A stretch of DNA of 64,000 bases from assembly GCA_964655225.1 (NCBI GenBank), contig CAZZMB010000002.1, forward strand, positions 25,344-89,343. The letters are read 5' to 3'. A program made the translations under genes and the position numbers. Below the pieces are notes generated by a model. That model was given only the letters and a program-made list of their open reading frames with translations. It did no database searches and was not told the DNA's origin. The stretch is from an uncultured Chitinophagales bacterium. GTDB lineage: Bacteria; Bacteroidota; Bacteroidia; Chitinophagales; UBA8649. This document shows positions 17,695 through 27,910 of this stretch, in pieces; position 1 is the stretch's first letter; each line of letters opens with the position of its first letter.

Positions 17695-20600
17695 ATGGAG
17701 CAAAAAAATGCGCAAGGCAAAGGATTTTATCCAGAATATACAGGTTTAAATTTAGCGGAAATCGATAAAAATATTGCTGCATTCTGGAAGGAAAATAAGG
17801 TCTTTAAGCAGTCCATTGACGCTAAGGAAGGTAATGACAAATTCGTTTTTTACGAAGGGCCACCTTCAGCAAACGGGATGCCGGGAATACATCATGTTAT
17901 CGGTCGTACGGTAAAAGATATTTTTTGTCGATATAAAACCATGCAAGGATTTCAAGTGCTAAGAAAAGGGGGGTGGGATACGCACGGCCTGCCCGTTGAG
18001 TTGAAGGTTGAAAAAGAGTTGGGGATTACCAAAGAAGATATTGGCACTAAAATATCTGTAGAGGAATACAATCAGGAATGCAGAAAAACAGTACAAGAGT
18101 TTAAAAGTGTATGGGATGATTTGACTGTTAAAATGGGATATTGGGTTGACCTGGATAGTCCTTATGTTACTTTTGATAATGATTATATTGAATCTGTTTG
18201 GTGGGCATTAAGTGAGTTATATAAAAAGAACTTACTGTATAAAGGATACACTATTCAACCATTTTCACCAGCAGCGGGGACAGGCCTAAGTACACATGAG
18301 TTAAACCAACCTGGAGCTTATCAAGATGTCACCGACACCAGCGCAGTTGCCCAATTTAAAGTGATTGAAAATGAGAATGCTAAGGAATTGTTTGGTGCAG
18401 TAACAGGGGAAACGCACTTTATTGCATGGACAACAACTCCTTGGACCTTACCCTCAAATACCGCACTCGCGGTAGGGGGAAAGATTGATTATGTACTGAT
18501 TAAAACATTTAACCCTTACACCTTTAAAGCAGTGCATGTCATCTTGGCTAAAAAGCTACTATCGAAGTGGTTTCAGCCAGAAAATGAGCATGCCGATTTT
18601 GATGCTTATGAGCCGGGTCAAAAAGCGATTCCTTGGGAATTAGTTAAAAGCTTTACAGGTAAAGATTTAGAAGGTATAAAGTATGAACAACTCCTGCCTT
18701 ACCACCAGCCTGAGGATGGAGATGCGTTTCGAGTCATTTTAGGTGATTTTGTAAGTACTGAAGATGGAACTGGAATCGTACATATTGCGCCAAGCTTCGG
18801 TGCTGACGATATGCGAGTTGCAAAAACTGCAGGAATCGGTTCATTAACTTTAGTCGATAAACAAGGTAAGTTCATCCAAGGTGTTGGCGAGTTTTCCGGT
18901 AGATATGTTAAAGATTATAAGGAAGAGAAAAACTATCGATCAGTAGATATCGATATTTCAATAAAGTTAAAGGAACAAAATAAGGCCTTTAATGTAAAGA
19001 AATACGTCCATAATTATCCCCATTGTTGGCGTACAGATAAACCTATTTTATACTACCCCTTGGATAGTTGGTTTATACAAACTACGAAGGTTAAAGAGCA
19101 ATTGATTGCCAATAATAATAAGATCAATTGGAAACCAGAAAGTACAGGAAAAGGACGCTTTGGAAATTGGTTGGAGAACCTACAAGATTGGAACTTATCG
19201 CGATCTAGATTTTGGGGTATTCCATTGCCAATATGGCGCACTGAAGACGGGGAAGAGGTTCTTTGTATTGGTTCAATTGCTCAATTGAAAGAAGAAATGC
19301 AAAAGGCTAATGAGGCTTTGGGAATTGAAAATGAAGAAATCACAGATTTACATAAGCCATATATTGACCGAGTAACCTTGGTGTCAGCATCGGGAAAGCC
19401 GATGAAAAGGGAAGCTGACGTGATAGATGTTTGGTTTGATTCAGGAAGTATGCCGTTCGCCCAACAGCATTATCCATTTGAGAATAAGGAAGTTTTTGAA
19501 CAAAATTTTCCGGCCGATTTTATTGCAGAAGGCGTTGATCAAACCCGAGGCTGGTTTTTTACATTGCATGCGATATCTACAATGCTCTTTAATCAACCGG
19601 CGTATAAAAATGTTATCGCAAACGGTTTGGTCCTGGATGAAAAAGGTCAGAAAATGTCAAAGCGTGTAGGTAATGTTGTTGATCCTTTCCATACGCTAGA
19701 TAAATATGGAGCAGATGCAACAAGATGGTATATTATTGCAAATTCCCAACCCTGGGACAACCTGAAATTTAGTTTTACGGGTATCGAAGAAGTGCGTAGA
19801 AAGCTTTTTGGCACGCTATATAATACCTATTCATTTTTCGCTTTGTATGCCAATATTGATGGCTTTAGTTTCGCAGAGAAAAATATAGAAGTAGAAAAAC
19901 GTCAAGAAATAGACCAATGGATTTTATCTGTGCTTAATAGTTTGGTTAAGAATGTAACAATCGCTTTTGAGGATTATGAACCTACTAATGCAGCAAGACT
20001 TATTCAAGAGTTTGTTGACGACAACTTAAGTAATTGGTACGTGCGCTTAAATAGAAGAAGATTTTGGAAAGGGGACTATTCAGAAGACAAGATAATGGCT
20101 TACCAGACCTTGTATACTTGTTTGGAAACCTTAAGTAAATTAATGGCGCCGATAGCTCCATTTTTCAGTGACTTTTTGTTTAAAAACTTAAATGAAGTAA
20201 GCGGTAGAGTAGATGTAAGCTCGGTTCATTTAGCGGACTTTCCTGTGAGTGAAGAAAGTAATATTGATGTTAATCTTGAAGAGCGCATGTATCTTGCTCA
20301 AAGCATTTCTTCCATGGTCCTTTCATTGAGGAAAAAGGAAAAAATAAAGGTAAGGCAACCCTTGGCAAAAGTTATTATTCCAATTATTAATGAAGATTTA
20401 CAAGGAAAAGTCGAGAAGGTGGAAGACTATATCCTCAATGAAATTAATGTGAAGGCAATGGAGTATTTGAGTGATACTTCTGGGATTATTTCAAAGTCAA
20501 TAAAACCAAATTTTAAAACTTTAGGGCCAAAGTATGGGAAACATATGAAGGCAATAAGTGTTGAGGTTGCATCCTTTGATCAGGCCCAAATTGCAACTAT

Positions 20601-21012
20601 TGAGGAGGAAGGGTCGTATACTTTAAATATAGGAAGTGAGGAACTTGTTTTGGAATATGTAGATTTTATAATTAGTTCTGATGATATTGAAGGTTGGCTA
20701 GTGGCTAGTGATAAGGGTTTAACTGTCGCCTTAGATATTCATATAAGTGACGACTTAAAGGCAGAGGGAAATGCCAGAGAATTCGTGAACCGAGTTCAGA
20801 ACTTGAGAAAAGAGAGCAATTTGGACGTTACGGATAAAATAGTAATTAAAATGTTGGTTAATGATGATTTTAAACCTGCATTAGATAAATATAAAAATTA
20901 TATTTGTACTGAAATTCTAGCAACGGATATTGAATTGATTTCCATTCTAAGGGAAGGTCAATCAATCGAAGTGAATGATATGAATCTAGAGATAGAATTA
21001 ATTAAAAAATAG
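17695..21012 (+). CDS. ileS: isoleucine--tRNA ligase (long, type-2 form)
   Basis: 1105 aa. HIGH-type motif (PSANGMPGIHHVIGR), KMSKR, and the class Ia editing-domain layout. Confidence 0.95.
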   Translation: MEQKNAQGKGFYPEYTGLNLAEIDKNIAAFWKENKVFKQSIDAKEGNDKFVFYEGPPSANGMPGIHHVIGRTVKDIFCRYKTMQGFQVLRKGGWDTHGLPVELKVEKELGITKEDIGTKISVEEYNQECRKTVQEFKSVWDDLTVKMGYWVDLDSPYVTFDNDYIESVWWALSELYKKNLLYKGYTIQPFSPAAGTGLSTHELNQPGAYQDVTDTSAVAQFKVIENENAKELFGAVTGETHFIAWTTTPWTLPSNTALAVGGKIDYVLIKTFNPYTFKAVHVILAKKLLSKWFQPENEHADFDAYEPGQKAIPWELVKSFTGKDLEGIKYEQLLPYHQPEDGDAFRVILGDFVSTEDGTGIVHIAPSFGADDMRVAKTAGIGSLTLVDKQGKFIQGVGEFSGRYVKDYKEEKNYRSVDIDISIKLKEQNKAFNVKKYVHNYPHCWRTDKPILYYPLDSWFIQTTKVKEQLIANNNKINWKPESTGKGRFGNWLENLQDWNLSRSRFWGIPLPIWRTEDGEEVLCIGSIAQLKEEMQKANEALGIENEEITDLHKPYIDRVTLVSASGKPMKREADVIDVWFDSGSMPFAQQHYPFENKEVFEQNFPADFIAEGVDQTRGWFFTLHAISTMLFNQPAYKNVIANGLVLDEKGQKMSKRVGNVVDPFHTLDKYGADATRWYIIANSQPWDNLKFSFTGIEEVRRKLFGTLYNTYSFFALYANIDGFSFAEKNIEVEKRQEIDQWILSVLNSLVKNVTIAFEDYEPTNAARLIQEFVDDNLSNWYVRLNRRRFWKGDYSEDKIMAYQTLYTCLETLSKLMAPIAPFFSDFLFKNLNEVSGRVDVSSVHLADFPVSEESNIDVNLEERMYLAQSISSMVLSLRKKEKIKVRQPLAKVIIPIINEDLQGKVEKVEDYILNEINVKAMEYLSDTSGIISKSIKPNFKTLGPKYGKHMKAISVEVASFDQAQIATIEEEGSYTLNIGSEELVLEYVDFIISSDDIEGWLVASDKGLTVALDIHISDDLKAEGNAREFVNRVQNLRKESNLDVTDKIVIKMLVNDDFKPALDKYKNYICTEILATDIELISILREGQSIEVNDMNLEIELIKK

Positions 21013-21016
21013 TGAT

Positions 21017-21400
21017 ATGGCGGCCAAAGAAAAAACAAGATATTCAGATTCTGAGTTAGTAGAGTTTAAGGATTTGATTGTGAAAAAGATAGAAGAGTCA
21101 AGAGCTGAGTTGAAAGATTATCAAGACCAAATCTCAAAGAAAAACACAGGATCTTCTGATACGGACTATAAATTTAATGGATTAGAGGACAGTTCTCTTT
21201 TAGTAGAGCGCGAGTATTTAAGCCAACAAGCTTCAAGACAAGCAAAATTTATAAGTCATTTAGAAAAGGCTTTGGTTCGAATTGAGAATAAAACCTATGG
21301 GATTTGTCGAGAAACGGGGAAGTTAATTTCTCCAGAACGGCTACGAATTGTTCCTCATGCCACTTTGAGTATCGAAGCCAAGAAGTCGCAAAAGAAATAA
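21017..21400 (+). CDS. DksA/TraR-family protein lacking most zinc-finger cysteines
   Basis: 127 aa. Coiled-coil N-terminus, then YGICRETGKLISPERLRIVPHATLSIEAK. That region aligns with the DksA C4 finger but keeps only one Cys. Confidence 0.7.
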   Translation: MAAKEKTRYSDSELVEFKDLIVKKIEESRAELKDYQDQISKKNTGSSDTDYKFNGLEDSSLLVEREYLSQQASRQAKFISHLEKALVRIENKTYGICRETGKLISPERLRIVPHATLSIEAKKSQKK

Positions 21401-21403
21401 GCA

Positions 21404-22021
21404 TTGAAAAGCAGAACTTACCTTGTACTTGCTATTACATTAATTACAATTATTCTCGATCAGGTTTCAAAAATAATGATCAAAACATCTATGGTGTTGG
21501 GTCAAGAAATCAAAGTCTTTGGGTCTTGGTTTAAACTACATTTTGTTGAAAATGAAGGAATGGCGATGGGTATTTCATGGGGTGGTGAACTCGGGAAATA
21601 CAGCCTTACTCTTTTTAGAATAGTGGCAATTGGAGTCATTATATATTACATCTATACGCTTATCAAAACCAACGCGCATAAGGGGCTTATAGCCGTTATG
21701 GCTTTCTTGCTGGCCGGGGCAATGGGCAATGTCTTTGATAGTTTGTTCTATGGCCTTATTTTTAGTGACAGTACTTATCATGTTGCTAATTTTGTGCCTG
21801 TAGGGACAGGGTACAAAGGTTTTATGCAAGGCAATGTGGTTGATATGTTATCCTTTCAGTTATTTAGCATACCCAATTGGATTCCTTTATATGGCGGTCA
21901 AAAATTTTTCCCATTCATATTTAATATTGCTGATGCCGCAATTAGTGTTGGGATCATATTAATTATCATTTTTCAGAAAAGATTTTTCCCAGAGCCAGCA
22001 GAAGGGAATCCATCAAAGTGA
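21404..22021 (+). CDS. lspA: lipoprotein signal peptidase (signal peptidase II)
   Basis: 205 aa with a TTG start. Four TM segments and the motifs VENEGMAMG and FNIADAAISVG. Sits in the conserved ileS-lspA linkage. Confidence 0.85.
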   Translation: MKSRTYLVLAITLITIILDQVSKIMIKTSMVLGQEIKVFGSWFKLHFVENEGMAMGISWGGELGKYSLTLFRIVAIGVIIYYIYTLIKTNAHKGLIAVMAFLLAGAMGNVFDSLFYGLIFSDSTYHVANFVPVGTGYKGFMQGNVVDMLSFQLFSIPNWIPLYGGQKFFPFIFNIADAAISVGIILIIIFQKRFFPEPAEGNPSK

Positions 22022-22242
22022 AATTGATTCAGCTAAGCTTTTAAGAGATATAAAATTTAAATAATTGGATATTGAAGACTAAGGGTATAAAGTAAAAAAG
22101 ACTCAACAAAAGTTGGGTGGTATTCAACAACTCATCGTTCTTTTCCAAGGAGTCTTAAAAGACTTGAACACCGGCATTCGATGGAAATCACTTATCCAAC
22201 TTCAACATAGCATTCAATAATGTGATGTTAGAGAACAAAACT

Positions 22243-23859
22243 CTAGCTGTTCATCGAAATCAGAAATTCTTCGTTGGATTCAGTACCGCGCATATTTTTA
22301 AGAATAAAATTCATGGATTCATCAGGAGTCATATCTCCTAAGTGATTTCGTAAAATCAACATTTTCTTATACACATCTTCTTCAAGAAGTAAATCTTCAC
22401 GACGCGTGCTTGATGTCACTAAATCAATAGCAGGATAAACACGTTTATTGGCTAAACGTCTGTCCAATTGAAGTTCCATGTTCCCCGTACCTTTGAATTC
22501 TTCAAAGATGACTTCATCCATTTTAGACCCTGTATCGACCAATGCTGTCGCTAGTATGGTTAAGGAACCACCGTTTTCTATTTTACGTGCTGCTCCAAAA
22601 AACTTTTTTGGTTTATGTAAAGCATTGGCTTCTACACCACCAGAAAGCACCTTACCTGAAGAAGGAGCCACTGTGTTATATGCTCTTGCTAATCTTGTTA
22701 TCGAGTCTAAAAGGATAACTACGTCGTGTCCACATTCCACCAATCGTTTTGCTTTTTGTAAAGCCATGTTACTAACCTTCACGTGACGGTCAGGAGTTTC
22801 ATCAAATGTAGAAGATAAAACTTCTGCATTCACACTTCTTTCCATATCTGTTACTTCTTCTGGACGTTCGTCTATCAACAAGACCATTAAATATGCCTCT
22901 GGGTGATTTTTAGCGATTGCATTGGCTACATCCTTTAAAATAGTTGTTTTACCTGTTTTAGGTTGAGCAACAATCATCCCTCTTTGTCCTTTGCCAATTG
23001 GAGTGAACAAATCGATAACACGAGTAGAATAATTTCTGGGTTCATCTGTGGATAGATGGAATCGCTCATTGGGGAATAATGGAGTTAGGTAGTCAAAAGG
23101 TACTCTATCTCTCACCTCTTCAGGGTTTTTACCATTAATTTTATCTACTTTCAGCAAGGCAAAATACTTTTCTCCATCTTTAGGTGGTCGCACCTTACCA
23201 GTGCATGTATCTCCGGTTTTCAAACCAAACAACTTGATTTGAGAAGGAGAAACATAAACATCATCGGGAGAGGACAAATAATTATAATCCGATGAGCGCA
23301 AAAAGCCATATCCCTCTTGCATCATTTCTAATACACCTTCAGCGGCTATCACACCATCTATTTCTACATTAAAAACGGGTGCAGATGGTTTCTTTTCTCT
23401 ATGCTGAGGACTTTTCTTTTGATTGTCACGATTATCGTATTTTGGATTGTCCTTATTTTTATCATCACGATCTATTCTTTCCGGTTTATGATGCTTATTA
23501 TCCTTTCCGCTTTCCTTAGCAGCAGGTTTTTCATCGTTTGATTGAGAATTTGAAACGGGATTTTCTTGAATATCTGCCGCAGATGGCATAGGTTTTCTTG
23601 TTCTTTTAGCTTGTCCACCCTTTTCTGAATTTCCACCTTTATTTTCTTGCTTAGGAGCCTTGTCCTTAGATGCTGGGGGAGCTATATCTTTATCAGATTT
23701 GATTTCTTTAACTGCGTCAGGATTTACAGCCTGCGCGTCAATAATAGCTAAAACTAAATCTTGTTTAACAAGCTTTTTGCTATCCTTAACCTTAAGCTTT
23801 TCAGCTATTTCCTTTAATTCAGGGACAAGCATCTCGTTCAGCTGGGAAAAATTGTACAT
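22243..23859 (-). CDS. rho: transcription termination factor Rho with about 120-aa low-complexity N-terminal insertion
   Basis: 538 aa. N-terminal helix bundle [16 protein letters not shown], then a K/D/N/P/S-rich insert, then the CSD-like RNA-binding region (GYGFLR). Walker A is PKTGKTT and the C-terminus is conserved. Confidence 0.95.
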   Translation of the reverse strand: MYNFSQLNEMLVPELKEIAEKLKVKDSKKLVKQDLVLAIIDAQAVNPDAVKEIKSDKDIAPPASKDKAPKQENKGGNSEKGGQAKRTRKPMPSAADIQENPVSNSQSNDEKPAAKESGKDNKHHKPERIDRDDKNKDNPKYDNRDNQKKSPQHREKKPSAPVFNVEIDGVIAAEGVLEMMQEGYGFLRSSDYNYLSSPDDVYVSPSQIKLFGLKTGDTCTGKVRPPKDGEKYFALLKVDKINGKNPEEVRDRVPFDYLTPLFPNERFHLSTDEPRNYSTRVIDLFTPIGKGQRGMIVAQPKTGKTTILKDVANAIAKNHPEAYLMVLLIDERPEEVTDMERSVNAEVLSSTFDETPDRHVKVSNMALQKAKRLVECGHDVVILLDSITRLARAYNTVAPSSGKVLSGGVEANALHKPKKFFGAARKIENGGSLTILATALVDTGSKMDEVIFEEFKGTGNMELQLDRRLANKRVYPAIDLVTSSTRREDLLLEEDVYKKMLILRNHLGDMTPDESMNFILKNMRGTESNEEFLISMNS

Positions 23860-24034
23860 ATTTTGATTTTATTTGAAATTAGTTCTTTCGAAAAAATTAG
23901 TTGAGATTGATTTGAAGTGCTAGAACTAGCTGTGGTGTTTTTAAACCATCACAATGTTACGCAAAGTTTTTATCTCCACAAACATTATTTGAACAAATAA
24001 GCCTTTATTCGATGTATTTTGCCGATACATTGGC

Positions 24035-24042
24035 TATTTTTG
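24035..24042 (+). promoter_or_regulatory. candidate -7 box (TATTTTTG) upstream of serS
   Basis: Matches TAnnTTTG 19 nt before the ATG at 24062. Confidence 0.3.
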
Positions 24043-24061
24043 TATCAAACAATCAATTTTA

Positions 24062-25339
24062 ATGCTGGATATAAATATTATTAGGAAAAAAATGGCTTTA
24101 GCTAGTGCAGGTCTAAAAAAGCGGAATATTGAGAATGCAGATGAATTATTGAACAAGCTTGTTGCTTTGGATGATACACGTAAGCGAATACAGACAATAT
24201 TAGACGAAAAATTGGCTAGGTTGAACGCGCTATCTAAGCAAATAGGAGAATTATTTAAATCGGGTAAGCGTGAAGAAGCAGAAAATTTGCGTCAAGAATC
24301 TGTTGACCTAAAAGAAGAAGTGAGTCAATTGCAAGATGAGCAGCTTATAGTCTTACAAAATTTGGAAGAAGATTTGCTGCAAATACCTAATATACCCCAC
24401 GAATCTGTTCCTTCAGGAAAAACACCAGAAGATAACGAGGTAGTTAGAAAATGGGGAGAGTTTCCCGTTTTAGCTAGTGACAATGATTTACCGCACTGGG
24501 ATTTGGCTAAAAAGTTTGAAATTTTTGACCTAGAATTAGGCGTCAAGTTGACAGGTGCGGGATTTCCTGTTTATACTGGAAAGGGTGCACAATTGCAAAG
24601 AGGATTAATAAACTTCTTTCTTACGCAAGCCACAAACGCAGGCTATAAAGAAGTAATTCCGCCATTATTGGTTAATGAGGCAAGTGCTCGTGCAACTGGT
24701 CAACTACCCGATAAAGAAGGACAGATGTATGAAATGAAGGAAGATCCTTATTTTCTTATTCCCACAGCGGAGGTGCCAATTACAAATATGTTCAGAGGCG
24801 AATTGGTAGAAGAAAAAGATTTACCCATCCGCTTAACAGGATACACTCCCTGTTTTAGAAGAGAAGCTGGTTCTTATGGCGCACACGTAAGGGGCTTGAA
24901 TCGCCTGCACCAATTCGATAAAATTGAAATTGTACAAATTGCTCATCCAGATAAGAGTTATGAAGTGCTCGAGGAAATGGTAGCTCATGTGGAGTCTTTG
25001 GTAAAGGCTTTAGAACTGCCTTATCGAGTATTGCGCTTGTGTGGGGGTGATTTAGGCTTCACTTCTACGCTAACCTATGATATTGAGGTATACAGTGCTG
25101 CACAAAAACGATGGTTGGAGGTCAGCAGTATTTCTAACTTCGAAACTTATCAAACTAAGCGTTTGATGTTGCGTTATAAAGATGCTGATGGAAACAGAAA
25201 GCTGGCTAATACGCTCAATGGCAGTGCCTTAGCACTTCCAAGAATTCTAGCGGCGCTCATCGAAAATAATCAAGAACCGGACGGTATTCGAATGCCAAAG
25301 GCCATTCAATCCTTTGTAGGATTCGATAAGTTGAGCTAG
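24062..25339 (+). CDS. serS: serine--tRNA ligase
   Basis: 425 aa. N-terminal coiled-coil arm, class II motifs (FRREAGS, GLNRLHQFDKIE), and C-terminus NGSALALPR. Confidence 0.95.
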   Translation: MLDINIIRKKMALASAGLKKRNIENADELLNKLVALDDTRKRIQTILDEKLARLNALSKQIGELFKSGKREEAENLRQESVDLKEEVSQLQDEQLIVLQNLEEDLLQIPNIPHESVPSGKTPEDNEVVRKWGEFPVLASDNDLPHWDLAKKFEIFDLELGVKLTGAGFPVYTGKGAQLQRGLINFFLTQATNAGYKEVIPPLLVNEASARATGQLPDKEGQMYEMKEDPYFLIPTAEVPITNMFRGELVEEKDLPIRLTGYTPCFRREAGSYGAHVRGLNRLHQFDKIEIVQIAHPDKSYEVLEEMVAHVESLVKALELPYRVLRLCGGDLGFTSTLTYDIEVYSAAQKRWLEVSSISNFETYQTKRLMLRYKDADGNRKLANTLNGSALALPRILAALIENNQEPDGIRMPKAIQSFVGFDKLS

Positions 25340-25432
25340 TTTTACCAACATCTAGAACTTATAAATAGTTGACAGACAAGAGTCAATCTCAAGATAAAAG
25401 TTTATCTCAAGCTATAGGATTTGGCAATTATT

Positions 25433-25660
25433 TTACAAGCTATCAATTGCTTTCGCAAGTTCTCGATCTTTTGCTGTAATGGTATTTCCCTCGTCATGCG
25501 TGGTCAAGTGAATTTCTACCTGATTATATACATTACTCCACCACGGGTGATGATTGTGCTTTTCAGCTAAAATTGCGACTCTAGTCATAAAAGCAAAAGC
25601 CTCAGAAAAATCCTTAAAGGTATATTTCTTTACAAGTTCGTTGTTTTCTTCTTTCCACAT
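25433..25660 (-). CDS. 4a-hydroxytetrahydrobiopterin (pterin-4a-carbinolamine) dehydratase, short form
   Basis: 75 aa. [42 protein letters not shown] matches the PCD/DCoH core (HHP motif). Confidence 0.8.
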   Translation of the reverse strand: MWKEENNELVKKYTFKDFSEAFAFMTRVAILAEKHNHHPWWSNVYNQVEIHLTTHDEGNTITAKDRELAKAIDSL

Positions 25661-25672
25661 TTCTTTAGCGTT

Positions 25673-26725
25673 TTATTGATGAGACCAATCAAAAGTATCC
25701 AAATTACTTACACATGCTTTAAGCATTTCGATAGATAAATGTATATCCTCTTTGTTGCACATTTCTATCACTTGATGTATGTGTCTGGTAGGAATAGAAA
25801 TTGCACCAGCAATTGTTCCATATTTGGACATTCGCTGCATTCCAGCAGTATCGGTACCCCCAGCAGTTAAGATTTCTGCTTGCCATTTGAGCTTATGCTT
25901 ATCTGCAGTTTCTTTCATATATCTTACCATTCGAGTATCGCAGACTGTTGAGCTATCCATTATTTTAATAGCGGTTCCATTGCCCATTTGAGTGATTTGT
26001 TCGTGCGGCTGCGATCCAGGTACGTCAAATGCAATAGTCGTGTCAAGTCCGAAACTAAAATGAGGCTCTACATGATGACCAGCAACTGTAGCACCCCGAA
26101 TACCAATTTCTTCTTGGACAGTGAAAACTCCATATAAGTCATAAGGCACCTCTCTATCCTTCAACTCTCTCAACGCTTCTAGTAATATAAAAACTGAAAC
26201 TCTATTATCTAAAGATTTAGCATTTACACAATTACCCATTTCTATTAGTTCTCGTTGGCGCGTAATTGGATTGCCAACTTCAATAAATTCTTCAACTTCT
26301 TCTTTACTCATTCCCATGTCAATAAAGAAATCAGTTGTCTTAAGATTTTTGGTGCGCTCCTCAGGGGTCATTACATGTATCGGTTTGCTACCCATAACTC
26401 CGATCAAATCTTTTTTGCCATGAACGATTACTCGTTGCGCAGTTAAAGTTTTTGGGTCAAATCCCCCAAGCGTATGGAAACGAACAAACCCCTTATCATC
26501 AATTCCGGTTACAATAAAACCTATTTCATCGAGATGTGCAGCAACCATAGCACGCTTGCTACTGTCTTTTCCTTTTTTAAGCGCAATTAAGTTACCCATC
26601 GCATCAATACTTACTTCATCGACAAAGGGAGTCACTTGATGTTTAATAAAATTACGTATCCGATTTTCGAAACCCGGAGCTCCGGCGGTTTCTGTAATAG
26701 TGGCTAGTAGAGCTACATTTATCAT
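25673..26725 (-). CDS. M42-family aminopeptidase (FrvX/glutamyl aminopeptidase-like)
   Basis: Start moved from the track's 26812 to the ATG at 26725 (MINVALLATITETAGAPGFE..., 350 aa). A terminator hairpin (26805-26822) and a TAAATTTG box lie inside the longer version. Motifs AHLDEIGF and VQEEIGIRGA are present. Confidence 0.8.
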   Translation of the reverse strand: MINVALLATITETAGAPGFENRIRNFIKHQVTPFVDEVSIDAMGNLIALKKGKDSSKRAMVAAHLDEIGFIVTGIDDKGFVRFHTLGGFDPKTLTAQRVIVHGKKDLIGVMGSKPIHVMTPEERTKNLKTTDFFIDMGMSKEEVEEFIEVGNPITRQRELIEMGNCVNAKSLDNRVSVFILLEALRELKDREVPYDLYGVFTVQEEIGIRGATVAGHHVEPHFSFGLDTTIAFDVPGSQPHEQITQMGNGTAIKIMDSSTVCDTRMVRYMKETADKHKLKWQAEILTAGGTDTAGMQRMSKYGTIAGAISIPTRHIHQVIEMCNKEDIHLSIEMLKACVSNLDTFDWSHQ

Positions 26726-26757
26726 ACTTGATGTTTTGTTTATTTGTAAAAGGTAGT

Positions 26758-26765
26758 CAAATTTA
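26758..26765 (-). promoter_or_regulatory. candidate -7 box (TAAATTTG on minus strand) for the M42 peptidase gene
   Basis: Plus strand reads caaattta. The box is about 32 nt upstream of the ATG at 26725. Confidence 0.35.
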
Positions 26766-26796
26766 AGCCTTCTGACCGAAAGGAAAATTTTACAAT

Positions 26797-26822
26797 AAAA
26801 AATGGCATCCACCTAAGGATGC
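26797..26822 (-). terminator. terminator after the 102-aa gene (bidirectional shape)
   Basis: GCATCC (26805-26810) pairs with GGATGC (26817-26822) around a 6-nt loop. T-runs follow on both strands. Confidence 0.65.
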
Positions 26823-26845
26823 TCTTTTTTTTAGCTTACCGCTCT

Positions 26846-27154
26846 TTAATAATCTTCTGTCGCTGTTTCGTTTGATTTCGACTGCGTAGCTTTCTTTTTA
26901 TATTCGGTAGTTTGCATTAATTTTTTACTGTCCTCCTTCATCTTTAGAATGAGATCTTTGTGTTCTATTTTGTCGCTATTGAGTTTAATTGTTGACGGAG
27001 TTACATTAATTTTAATGCTTGTCTGCTCCACTTTGATTGGATCCAGTTTAATCGTTTCATCCGCCTCTGTAGTTACTTCATTTTTTTCCAAACTTTGACT
27101 AAATCCGAAGACCACAAATGCAACACTGAGAAGAAGTAAATTAATTTTTTTCAT
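26846..27154 (-). CDS. hypothetical small secreted protein
   Basis: 102 aa. Signal peptide MKKINLLLLSVAFVVFGFSQ, and K/E/T-rich. No family recognised. Confidence 0.5.
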   Translation of the reverse strand: MKKINLLLLSVAFVVFGFSQSLEKNEVTTEADETIKLDPIKVEQTSIKINVTPSTIKLNSDKIEHKDLILKMKEDSKKLMQTTEYKKKATQSKSNETATEDY

Positions 27155-27166
27155 AATTTATTGTTT

Positions 27167-27847
27167 TTATTTTTTTGAAGGAATTGTGCCAATAACCGTG
27201 ACTCCACCTTTCACCTTTTCTTTAAGCTTGGTATGGATAACAGTGTTTAGGGGTAAAAATAAGTCAACTCTTGAGCCAAATTTTATAAATCCAAACTCTT
27301 CACATTGTTCCACTTCTTCCCCTACCTTTAGATAGTTGACTATCCTTCTTGCCAACTTACCTGCTATTTGCCTTATTAATATACTTACTTGCTCATTACC
27401 AAGAACAACGGTGTACCGTTCATTTTTGGTAGAAGATTTGGGGTGCCATGCCACAAGGTATTTTCCCGGATGGTAACGTACATATTTCACCTCTCCTGCG
27501 ATAGGGTTCCTGTTCACATGTACATTTGTAGGAGACATGAATATAGACACTTGAACTCGCTTGTCTTTAAAGTATTCTGGTTCTTCAACTTCTTCAATAA
27601 CGACAACCTTACCATCTGCGGGAGCTATAACTTGATCATTATGTTGGTTAAATATTCGGAAAGGTATTCGGAAAAAGGCAACTACAAATCCAAAAAATAT
27701 TAGTGAGACAACTCCGAAAAATACACGGAAAGAGCTCATAGAATGAATGAAATTTGCTGCAATATTGATTAAAAGCAAAAGAGCGATAGTCACCAATATA
27801 ATCTTGTAGCCCTCTTTGTGTATATTGTATTTGTTGTTTATTCTCAT
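27167..27847 (-). CDS. psd: phosphatidylserine decarboxylase (short type)
   Basis: 226 aa. N-terminal TM helices and the FGSRVD self-cleavage region. Adjacent to cdsA. Confidence 0.85.
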   Translation of the reverse strand: MRINNKYNIHKEGYKIILVTIALLLLINIAANFIHSMSSFRVFFGVVSLIFFGFVVAFFRIPFRIFNQHNDQVIAPADGKVVVIEEVEEPEYFKDKRVQVSIFMSPTNVHVNRNPIAGEVKYVRYHPGKYLVAWHPKSSTKNERYTVVLGNEQVSILIRQIAGKLARRIVNYLKVGEEVEQCEEFGFIKFGSRVDLFLPLNTVIHTKLKEKVKGGVTVIGTIPSKK

Positions 27848-27910
27848 AAAATTGCTTCCCTATAAGCCGTGCAAAAATAACAATAATAACCAAGAATTGT
27901 TCCTATGCAC

